This document shows, piece after piece, positions 38,298 through 46,030 of a stretch of 64,000 nt of DNA; the first letter of the stretch is position 1, and every line of letters begins with the position of its first letter. The notes beneath the pieces are model-generated. The model did not search any database. It had not been told where the DNA came from and worked only from the letters and a program-made list of their open reading frames with translations. The stretch comes from an uncultured Clostridia bacterium (GTDB lineage Bacteria > Bacillota > Clostridia > Christensenellales > CAG-917), in the NCBI GenBank assembly GCA_944363035.1, contig CALVTS010000002.1, positions 85,277 through 149,276 of the forward strand, in the 5' to 3' direction. Both the position numbers and the translations under genes were made by a program.

Positions 38298-38332
38298 ATC
38301 GTGCGCACACGCGCGTTGTACGGGAGAAATTT

Positions 38333-39994
38333 ATGAGCGATAACATAGGGACCTCGGCGGTACAGCCCGAACAGACGAGCTATATCGCCCGCACCAGCGG
38401 ACTTGCGACAAAAGATTATATCGGCTATGCGATGGGAGACACGGCAGGGTGTCTCGTCTTCGGGCTGGTGACCTCTTTTTTGCAGAAGTTTTATACTGAT
38501 ATATTTTTCCTCGACCCTCTGTTCATCATGCTGATGTTCATAGGCGCGAGGGTGTGGGACGCCATCAACGACCCGATAATGGGCAGGATCACGGACACCA
38601 TCAAGCTCTCCAAATGGGGCAGATATCGTCCGTGGTTCTTGTGGGCGGCGGGTCCTCTCATCCTTTCCACCGTCCTGATGTTCATACGCTGGCCCGGGCT
38701 CACGGGGGACGTGGACTATGTGGGCACCTGCGTCTATGCCACAGTCACTTACGTGATGTTCGGCATGAGCTACACCATGCTCCAGATCCCGTACGGCGGT
38801 CTGGCTTCCGTGGTGACGACGGACGAGAAAGAGCGCACCAAGCTCTCCGTATTCCGTTCGATAGGCGCAGGAGTCGGCTCCGTACCCGCCGTGCTCATCG
38901 CCTCATTCTGCTATGAGACCGTGGGCACCAATCCCGAGACCAACCGTGAGATAGAAGTGATGCAGTATACGCCCATCATCATCGGCGTCGCGGTGGTCGC
39001 CGTCATCGCGCTCGTGATGCTGATCCTCGCGTTTTTCTCCAACAAGGAACGCGTCATCGCGCTCCCTTCCGAAAAGAGGGAAAAAGGAGAGACCCTTTCC
39101 ATTGTCAAAAATCTTTTCAAAAACAGAGCTTTCCTCTCCGTCAGCGTGGCAAGTATGCTCCTGCTCGCGGGACAGATGTTCACGCAAAGTTTTTATCTTT
39201 ACCTCTTTGACGACTACTTCGGGATGTCTTGGATGAATCTGGTTTCCACGGTATGCACCTATGCGCCCATGGCGATATTCATGTTCTTCACCCCCAAGAT
39301 GGTCAGAAAGTTCGGCAAGAAGGAGATCTGCGGCGTGGGCATGATACTTGCCGCCGCGGCAAACCTCGGGATGTTCGCGCTACGCGGCACCGATCCCGAC
39401 ATCCTCGCCTATCTCTTCATGGCGCTTTGCTTCGTGAGCGGCATGGGACTCTCCTTCATCATCCTGCAAGTGTGGTCCATGGCGACGGACGCCATAGACG
39501 AGATAGAGATAAAGACAAATCGCCGCGACGACGGCACGGCGTATTCCTTCTTCATGTTTTTCAGAAAGCTGGGACAGGTCATAGCCGCCATCGCCGTCAA
39601 CGGAGCTCTGCTCGCAATGAATTACGACAGCACCAAGGGCGCGATACAATCCCCCGAGAACATTTCGGTGATGTACGACCTTGCCACCATCATCCCCGCC
39701 GTGCTCTTCGGCTTGATGGCTGTGGTCCTTCTGGTCTGGTATCCGCTCTCGAAAAAGAAAGTCGCCGAACTGCAAGTTCTGAAGGAGGAGCACCTTAGAT
39801 CCTCTTATGAGAGCAACGCCATTTCCATTGAAAACGGCGGCGAGGTCGCGGCGGCGGGAGAAGGCGAGGCGGACGTGTTCGCGGCAGTCGCCGAAGCGGA
39901 GGCAAGACTTCAGGAAGAGGACTGCTTCAAAGATGATGTTTGCGACGCCGACTCCCGCAAAAATACGGATGACGGCACGGAAAGGGAGGGATAA
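38333..39994 (+). CDS. glycoside-pentoside-hexuronide (GPH):cation symporter family transporter with an acidic C-terminal tail
   Basis: About 12 TM segments. GPH signature region GARVWDAINDPIMGRITD. Confidence 0.85.
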   Translation: MSDNIGTSAVQPEQTSYIARTSGLATKDYIGYAMGDTAGCLVFGLVTSFLQKFYTDIFFLDPLFIMLMFIGARVWDAINDPIMGRITDTIKLSKWGRYRPWFLWAAGPLILSTVLMFIRWPGLTGDVDYVGTCVYATVTYVMFGMSYTMLQIPYGGLASVVTTDEKERTKLSVFRSIGAGVGSVPAVLIASFCYETVGTNPETNREIEVMQYTPIIIGVAVVAVIALVMLILAFFSNKERVIALPSEKREKGETLSIVKNLFKNRAFLSVSVASMLLLAGQMFTQSFYLYLFDDYFGMSWMNLVSTVCTYAPMAIFMFFTPKMVRKFGKKEICGVGMILAAAANLGMFALRGTDPDILAYLFMALCFVSGMGLSFIILQVWSMATDAIDEIEIKTNRRDDGTAYSFFMFFRKLGQVIAAIAVNGALLAMNYDSTKGAIQSPENISVMYDLATIIPAVLFGLMAVVLLVWYPLSKKKVAELQVLKEEHLRSSYESNAISIENGGEVAAAGEGEADVFAAVAEAEARLQEEDCFKDDVCDADSRKNTDDGTEREG

Positions 39995-39997
39995 AAC

Positions 39998-40753
39998 ATG
40001 AAATACGGCGTTCAACTGTTTTCGCTCAGGAAATATCTCAAAGACGAGAAAGGATATGACGAAGTGTTTTCCCGCGTGAAAAAAGCGGGCGCCGAGGTGG
40101 TCCAGCTCTCGGGCGGGAAACCTATGCCCGCCGTATATATCGCCGAGCTCAGCCGCAAATATTCCTTGCCCGTCGTCGTGACCCACGACAGCTTTTCGAA
40201 GTTGCAAAACGACCTCGACGCGCTAGTCGAGGAGCACAGGATATATTCATGCAACGCGCTCGGGATAGGCATGATGCCAAAAGAGTTCCGCACGGGCGAG
40301 ACAAAGGACCTTTCGCGCTTCGTATCCGTCCTCAATTCTCTTTCGGAAAAACTTGCCGAGGCGGGCATGACCATTGCCTATCACAATCATTGGTTCGAGT
40401 TCGACGTTGTCGGCGGCAAGCGTATCTTCGACGCTCTCATCGAGGATACCGACCCTCGGGTGCGCTTCATCCCTGATACCTATTGGATAAGATTTGCGGG
40501 CGAGGACGTCTGCAAATTTTTGGAGAAGCTCTCCGGAAGGGCAGAGACCATCCATCTCAAAGACTACAAGCACAAGATCTTCCGCGCCGTGGGCAGGGGA
40601 GAGCTGGATTTTGCCTCCGTGCTCTCCGTTGCGGAAAGGTGCGGGGTGAAATACGCGGTGGCGGAGCTGGACATCTCTCCGCGTCCGTTCGCGAGCATGG
40701 AGTATTCCATGAACACTATAAGGGAGCTGAAAGATGCAAAAGGTGAGCGTTGA
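39998..40753 (+). CDS. sugar phosphate isomerase/epimerase (xylose-isomerase-like TIM barrel)
   Basis: 251 aa. AYHNHWFEF and HLKDY motifs of the family. Confidence 0.75.
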   Translation: MKYGVQLFSLRKYLKDEKGYDEVFSRVKKAGAEVVQLSGGKPMPAVYIAELSRKYSLPVVVTHDSFSKLQNDLDALVEEHRIYSCNALGIGMMPKEFRTGETKDLSRFVSVLNSLSEKLAEAGMTIAYHNHWFEFDVVGGKRIFDALIEDTDPRVRFIPDTYWIRFAGEDVCKFLEKLSGRAETIHLKDYKHKIFRAVGRGELDFASVLSVAERCGVKYAVAELDISPRPFASMEYSMNTIRELKDAKGER

Positions 40754-41951
40754 GACTCCTTGCGGCAAAGTCGTAGGACTGCTTTCGGACGGGGTGCGAG
40801 TTTTCAGAGGGGTGAAGTACGCCGAAGCGAAGAGATTCTGTCCTCCCGTCCCGACGCTGAGATATGACGGAGTTTTCGACGCTACCGAGCAGGGCGTGTG
40901 CTGTCCCCAGATGCGCGCGTATCGGGATGAGGAGCACAGGTTTTATTACCGCGAATTCCGCAAAGGGATGAAGTTTTCGTACAGCGAGGACTGCCTCATC
41001 CTGGACATCCGCGCCCCCGAAAAAGCGGAAAAAGCTCCCGTCATCGTGTTCATACACGGCGGCAGTTTCACGGGAGGCAGTGTGAACGAGCCTCAGTTCG
41101 ACGGCTCCGCCTATGCGAAAAAGGGAGTGGTGTTCGTCGCGATAAATTACAGGCTCAATGTGTTCGGCTTTTTCGCGGACGGCGAGCACTCCCGCGGCGG
41201 CCTCGGGCTTTTGGACCAATATGCGGCGATAGAATGGGTGCGCCGCAACATCGAGGCGTTCGGCGGCGATCTCGACAACATCACGCTAATGGGACAGAGC
41301 GCGGGGGCGATGAGCATACAGACCCTCATCTCCTCTCCGAAGCTCAAAGGCAAGATAAAACGCGCCGTGATGCTCTCGGGAGGAGGAAAGAGGGGGGTGT
41401 TGCTCCCACTCGGCAAGCCTCATCCGCGCTACTGGAAAAAGCTGATAAAAGCGGCGGGCGCAAATTCTTACGAAGAATTTGCCGCTTTGCCCGCCGAGAG
41501 GGTGTGGACGGCGTGGAAGACGAAGCACGTCGTCGGGAAAGCGCTTTTCACAAAGCCCGTGTTGGACGGCGATCTGGTCGTGAGCAAAAACTGCGACGCG
41601 GATATCCCTATAATTTTCGGGACGGTGAAAAAGGATCTTCTGCCTCCCGTGCTCAACCATATGGCGAGAGCGTACGCTCGCAGACAAAAGCGCAGGGGAA
41701 CGCCGTGCTATCTGTTTTCGTTTGAAAGGCTCCTGCCTCCCGACGACGCGTCCTTCCATTCCTGCGACCTTTGGTATGTGCTGGGTTCCCTCGGCAATTC
41801 TTCGCGCCCGTTTACCGATCGTGACCGCGCCCTTTCGGAAGAAATGGTCAGCCGTATCGCGGGATTTTGCCGAACGTCCTCTCCCAACGCGGAGGGATAT
41901 GACGGCTGGGAGGTCTATTCCTCCCGCAAGGACATAAAGGTTTTCGGCTGA
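40734..41951 (+). CDS. type-B carboxylesterase/lipase family protein (short form)
   Basis: EDCLILD motif, oxyanion HGGSF, nucleophile elbow GQSAGA. Confidence 0.85.
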   Translation: MQKVSVETPCGKVVGLLSDGVRVFRGVKYAEAKRFCPPVPTLRYDGVFDATEQGVCCPQMRAYRDEEHRFYYREFRKGMKFSYSEDCLILDIRAPEKAEKAPVIVFIHGGSFTGGSVNEPQFDGSAYAKKGVVFVAINYRLNVFGFFADGEHSRGGLGLLDQYAAIEWVRRNIEAFGGDLDNITLMGQSAGAMSIQTLISSPKLKGKIKRAVMLSGGGKRGVLLPLGKPHPRYWKKLIKAAGANSYEEFAALPAERVWTAWKTKHVVGKALFTKPVLDGDLVVSKNCDADIPIIFGTVKKDLLPPVLNHMARAYARRQKRRGTPCYLFSFERLLPPDDASFHSCDLWYVLGSLGNSSRPFTDRDRALSEEMVSRIAGFCRTSSPNAEGYDGWEVYSSRKDIKVFG

Positions 41952-42095
41952 GTTTTCGACCGAAGGCGGCGTATGCCGAAGCGGGATAATACGAACGATG
42001 TCGGGCGGCGTGGGTCTCGGACTGGCCGCGTATCCGACTTGCGGATTCGTTCATGCCGCACAGATACCGTGTCGCACTGATATGACTGAAATTCA

Positions 42096-42120
42096 AGAGA
42101 GCGGGGGATGCCCGCTCTCT
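42096..42120. terminator. hairpin between convergent esterase and yegP-like genes (weak U-tracts)
   Basis: AGAGAGCGGG-GGATG-CCCGCTCTCT, a 10-bp perfect stem. Confidence 0.45.
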
Positions 42121-42202
42121 TTCATGTGTGCTTCTGCGCGTTGCCGCGCTTTCCCGCCTCCGAGGAGGCTTGGTGCTTAGGACGCTTTTGTGGATATGTA
42201 TC

Positions 42203-43678
42203 TCACCACAGATCGTCGTTGCGGACGATGGACGCGCCTTTTGCGGCGCGCGCTATGGCGGCGATACCTTTCTTTGCGGCTTCCTTGGAGAGGTAGCCGT
42301 CGTTGGTGGTGGCGACGATGTTGCCGTTGGAGGCGAGCAGTCTCAGACGTATCTCGCCCTGCTTGTCGGTGTATATCTGCCACTTGGGGAATTTGAGTTC
42401 CTCCCACTTTTGGAGAGTCTGATCCTCGATGGGGGCGGAGGCGGCGTTGTTGCGCACGCTGTTGATGCCCGTCTTGCAGTTTGCGATGGAGGTATAAAGC
42501 CCCGCGCCTATCGCGACCACTCTGTAATTGGAAGAGTAGAGCTTGTAGACGAAGTTGCCCTTGTCCGTCTTCTTGATGACGAACCTGCCGTGAGGCGCGC
42601 TGTCGTCCCCCGCTTCGATCACCTGTTCGGCGGGTTTGGTCTCTTCCTTGACGGCTTTTGTCGCGGGTTTTGCCGCAGGTTTTGCGGCGGGAGCGGCTTT
42701 TTTTGCAGGCGCCGCTTTCGCTGTCGCGGCTTTTGCGGCGGGCTTCTTTTCGGGGTCTTTCTTTTCTGCGGGTTTAGTCGCAGTCTTCTTTGCGCTCGCG
42801 GGAGCGGCTTTTTCTTTTGCCACTTTGTTTTCCTCCTTGGGTTTATCGCTATCGGACGTTGCGTCGACAACGCTTTCGGAAGAGATCGTCTCTTTCTTTT
42901 CTTCCTTAGCGGCGGTCTCGACAGCTTTTTTCGTGTTCTTCTTCTTTGCGGGAGCTTTGGCGGGGGCATCCTCTTGCTTTTCGGACGCTTCTTCCGCAGG
43001 GGCTTCCTTTTTCTTCTTTGCGGGAGCTATGCTCACGCTTCCCCACAGATCCTTCTCCTCGGCGCCCGACTGATAGATGACGTGAGAGACGGGCTTCTTT
43101 TTCGCGGGAGCCTTTTTGGGCGCGGGAGTTTCGGCTACGGGCTCTTCCGCAGGGGCTTCCTCGACGGGTCTCTCGGCGGGCGTTTCAGCCTCGGCGGGAG
43201 CTTCTTCTGCCGCAGGCTCTGCAGGAACGGCGGCTTCTTCCTCCACGGGAGGGGCGGGCTCTTCTTTCGCCGCAGGGGTCACGCCGTATGCGTAAAGCAA
43301 CACGGGATCCGCCTCCGGGAGCTCCTCCTTTTCCTCCTCGGCCGCCTCTTCGTGTGCAGGGGCGGGCTCTTCGACGGGCGCGTAATCGGGGAGGGCGGGA
43401 GCAGGCTCTTCCTCCGCCGCGACGGGCGCATAGTCGGGGAGCACGGGCGCGGGAGTTTCCTCTTCGGCGGGCGTTTCAGCCGCGACGGGAGATTCCTCGA
43501 CCGCAGGTGTTGCGGGGACGGGCTCTTCGACGGGGGAGGGCGCGGGGATATCCTGAGCCCTGTACACCTTGCCGTCCACCACGGTTATCAGTTCGCCGAA
43601 AGGAGCCGAATCGTCATCGGGCTCGATTTCGCTGTCCAAAAAGACGATATCATCGTAGTTGTCGAGATAATCCGCCAT
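42203..43678 (-). CDS. YegP (DUF1508) tandem-repeat protein with a long low-complexity N-terminal region
   Basis: C-terminal about 115 aa aligns by eye to E. coli YegP repeats (FVYKLYSSNYRVVAIGAGLYTSIANCKTGINSVRNNA and IRLRLLASNGNIVATTNDGYLSKEAAKKGIAAIARAA). GGAGG RBS and a TTGTCA-17-TATTAT promoter upstream. Confidence 0.8.
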   Translation of the reverse strand: MADYLDNYDDIVFLDSEIEPDDDSAPFGELITVVDGKVYRAQDIPAPSPVEEPVPATPAVEESPVAAETPAEEETPAPVLPDYAPVAAEEEPAPALPDYAPVEEPAPAHEEAAEEEKEELPEADPVLLYAYGVTPAAKEEPAPPVEEEAAVPAEPAAEEAPAEAETPAERPVEEAPAEEPVAETPAPKKAPAKKKPVSHVIYQSGAEEKDLWGSVSIAPAKKKKEAPAEEASEKQEDAPAKAPAKKKNTKKAVETAAKEEKKETISSESVVDATSDSDKPKEENKVAKEKAAPASAKKTATKPAEKKDPEKKPAAKAATAKAAPAKKAAPAAKPAAKPATKAVKEETKPAEQVIEAGDDSAPHGRFVIKKTDKGNFVYKLYSSNYRVVAIGAGLYTSIANCKTGINSVRNNAASAPIEDQTLQKWEELKFPKWQIYTDKQGEIRLRLLASNGNIVATTNDGYLSKEAAKKGIAAIARAAKGASIVRNDDLW

Positions 43679-43708
43679 AATTCATCCTCCGAAAGACAAA
43701 TCAATATT

Positions 43709-43737
43709 ATAATAGCACACATATGCGCGCATGACAA
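43709..43737 (-). promoter_or_regulatory. candidate promoter of the yegP-like gene (TTGTCA-17-TATTAT)
   Basis: Reverse complement of 43732-43737 is TTGTCA; of 43709-43714 is TATTAT. Confidence 0.4.
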
Positions 43738-43832
43738 CACACATATCAAAAACTTTAAGAAAATTTCCGTATGCGACGCGCTCGGGTATAATTTGGTTTG
43801 TGTTTCCTCCCGTTACGTGATAAGATATCCGT

Positions 43833-46028
43833 ATGCACGATTTCGGTTTGAACAACGAACAGATGCTCGCGGTCAACGACGCGGACGGCGCCATCCTGGT
43901 CATCGCAGGGGCGGGGAGCGGCAAGACCCGCGTGCTCACGGCGAGGATATGCGCCCTGGTGGATTCCGGGGTGTCTCCTTACAACATCCTTGCGATAACT
44001 TTCACCAATAAAGCCGCCAACGAGATGAAGGAGCGCATAGCGAGAGAGCTCGGCTACGACGCCGACGGCGTGTGGACAAGCACATTTCATTCCATGTGCG
44101 CGCGTATGCTCCGCATGGACGCCGAGAGGCTGGGATACACCCGCGATTTCACGATATACACCGACCTCGAAAGCGAGCGCGTGGTGAAGAGAGTGTGCGA
44201 GACCGTAGCGGGCGCGGATGCGAAACGCAAGGGCGTTTATCTCGACCATATCTCCCGCGCGAAGACGGCGGCTCTCTCCCCCGAGGAATACTTCGAGGAG
44301 ACCAAAGACGTGGTGACGGACGCAAACACCGTCGCCCTCGTCTACCGCGCCTACGAGAAGGAACTCAAAGCCTGCAACGCAATGGATTTCGACGACTTGC
44401 TGTTGAAGACCGTGGAGCTCTTTCAAAAGTGTCCGGACGTCCTCGAACGCTGGCAGAGGAGGTTCCGCTACATCAACGTGGACGAATTCCAGGACACCAA
44501 CCGTCTGCAATTCCGCCTGGTCAAAATGCTTTCGGCGGTGTGGGGCAACGTCTTCGTGGTGGGAGACGAGGATCAGAGCATATATAGCTGGCGAGGGGCG
44601 GAGATAAGGAACATCCTGGACTTTCCGAAAGAATTCCCAGGCGCGAAAGTCTACAAATTGGAGCAGAATTACCGCAGCACCAAAAATATCCTGTCTGCGG
44701 CGAACAACGTGATAAAACACAATTCCTCCCGCAACGAAAAGACGCTTTGGAGCGCGCTCGGCGACGGTCAGGAGGTGGAGTATTTCGACGCTCGCACCGA
44801 CCGTGACGAGGCGGATTTCGTCACCAGGACGATAAACCGCCTGCAAGTGGGAGGGGAAAACTACCGCGACATGGCGGTGCTGGTCAGAGCAAACTCTCTC
44901 ACCCGCCTTTTTGAAGAGAGTTTCACCCTGCACGGCATCCCGTATAAGGTGTTCGGCGGGTTCAGGTTCTTTGAACGCAAGGAGATAAAGGACACTCTGG
45001 GATATGTCAGGCTCGCGGTCAATCCCGACGACAACGACGCTTTTCTGCGCGTGGTCAACTATCCCAAGCGCGGGATAGGCGCGTCGGCGGTGGCGGAGGT
45101 CGCCCTCGCCGCCGAGCGCAACGGCATCTCCTATCTCGAAGTGTTGAAGAGGGGAGGATTGCTCAGCGCGGCAAGCGAGAAGAAGCTCTCCAAATTCGCT
45201 GCCGTAGCGGAAGCCATAAGCAGCGCGCTGAAAGAGATGAAGCCCGTGGATTTCATGCAGTACGTCATCACGGGGAGCGGGCTTGAGGACGCGCTCAAAC
45301 TCAGCGAAGATCCCGAGGACCGCAACAGATATGAAAACATAGAAGGGCTCGTTGACGCGGTGAGGAATTTTGAAGAGGACAACCCCGAGGCGGGGATAGC
45401 GGACTTTTTGCAATCCGTCTCCCTTGTCTCTGACTCCGACGGCATGGACGAGGAAAATTACGTCACGATAGCCACCGTCCACGCCGTGAAAGGTTTGGAG
45501 TTCGACAACGTGTTCATAATAGGTCTCGAGGAGGGGATATTCCCGACGGCGAGCGCAGTCGCGAACGGCGACGTCGAAGAGGAAAGGCGGCTGATGTACG
45601 TCGCGATAACGCGCGCGAAACGCAGACTTTACGCCCTTTCCGCCTACTCCAGATTTCGCTTCGGAAAAGTGGAGAGTAATCCGAAAAGCAGGTTTATTGC
45701 CGAAATGAGAGGTGATAAAGCCTCTGTTCGAGTTACGGGAGCTTATTTTGCCGGGATGCGGAAAGAGGAGAAAAAGCCTGTGTTCTCGCAGGGCAAAAAG
45801 GGCTCGCCCGTCTTTATCTCGGCGCCCAAGAGGAGGGCGGACGCGCCCGACTTTTCGGAGTTCGTAAAAGGGGTCGTGGTGGAGCACGCCAAGTTCGGTC
45901 GCGGCATAGTCCGCGAGACGGTGGGAGAGGGTGAGGACAAGACCGCCGCAATAGAATTCGAGGGTCTCGGGGTCAAGCGTTTCGCGCTTGCAATAGCCAT
46001 AAACAGTCTGAGCATCGTCAAGGAGTGA
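43833..46028 (+). CDS. pcrA: ATP-dependent DNA helicase PcrA/UvrD
   Basis: AGAGSGKTRVLTARI Walker A, UvrD helicase motifs. 731 aa. Confidence 0.93.
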   Translation: MHDFGLNNEQMLAVNDADGAILVIAGAGSGKTRVLTARICALVDSGVSPYNILAITFTNKAANEMKERIARELGYDADGVWTSTFHSMCARMLRMDAERLGYTRDFTIYTDLESERVVKRVCETVAGADAKRKGVYLDHISRAKTAALSPEEYFEETKDVVTDANTVALVYRAYEKELKACNAMDFDDLLLKTVELFQKCPDVLERWQRRFRYINVDEFQDTNRLQFRLVKMLSAVWGNVFVVGDEDQSIYSWRGAEIRNILDFPKEFPGAKVYKLEQNYRSTKNILSAANNVIKHNSSRNEKTLWSALGDGQEVEYFDARTDRDEADFVTRTINRLQVGGENYRDMAVLVRANSLTRLFEESFTLHGIPYKVFGGFRFFERKEIKDTLGYVRLAVNPDDNDAFLRVVNYPKRGIGASAVAEVALAAERNGISYLEVLKRGGLLSAASEKKLSKFAAVAEAISSALKEMKPVDFMQYVITGSGLEDALKLSEDPEDRNRYENIEGLVDAVRNFEEDNPEAGIADFLQSVSLVSDSDGMDEENYVTIATVHAVKGLEFDNVFIIGLEEGIFPTASAVANGDVEEERRLMYVAITRAKRRLYALSAYSRFRFGKVESNPKSRFIAEMRGDKASVRVTGAYFAGMRKEEKKPVFSQGKKGSPVFISAPKRRADAPDFSEFVKGVVVEHAKFGRGIVRETVGEGEDKTAAIEFEGLGVKRFALAIAINSLSIVKE

Positions 46029-46030
46029 AC

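Noticed and set aside
42128-44011. 627-aa + strand ORF overlapping the yegP-like gene. Many other long antisense ORFs were also seen (for example 43755-45887 -, 18031-19560 -, 20352-21683 -, 27164-28525 -, 50175-51473 -, 59841-61199 -, 12548-13597 +).
   Set aside because: They lie exactly antisense to well-supported conserved genes. Their translations are Arg/Gly/Leu/His-rich, with no recognisable motifs or RBS. Such shadow ORFs are typical of GC-rich coding DNA.
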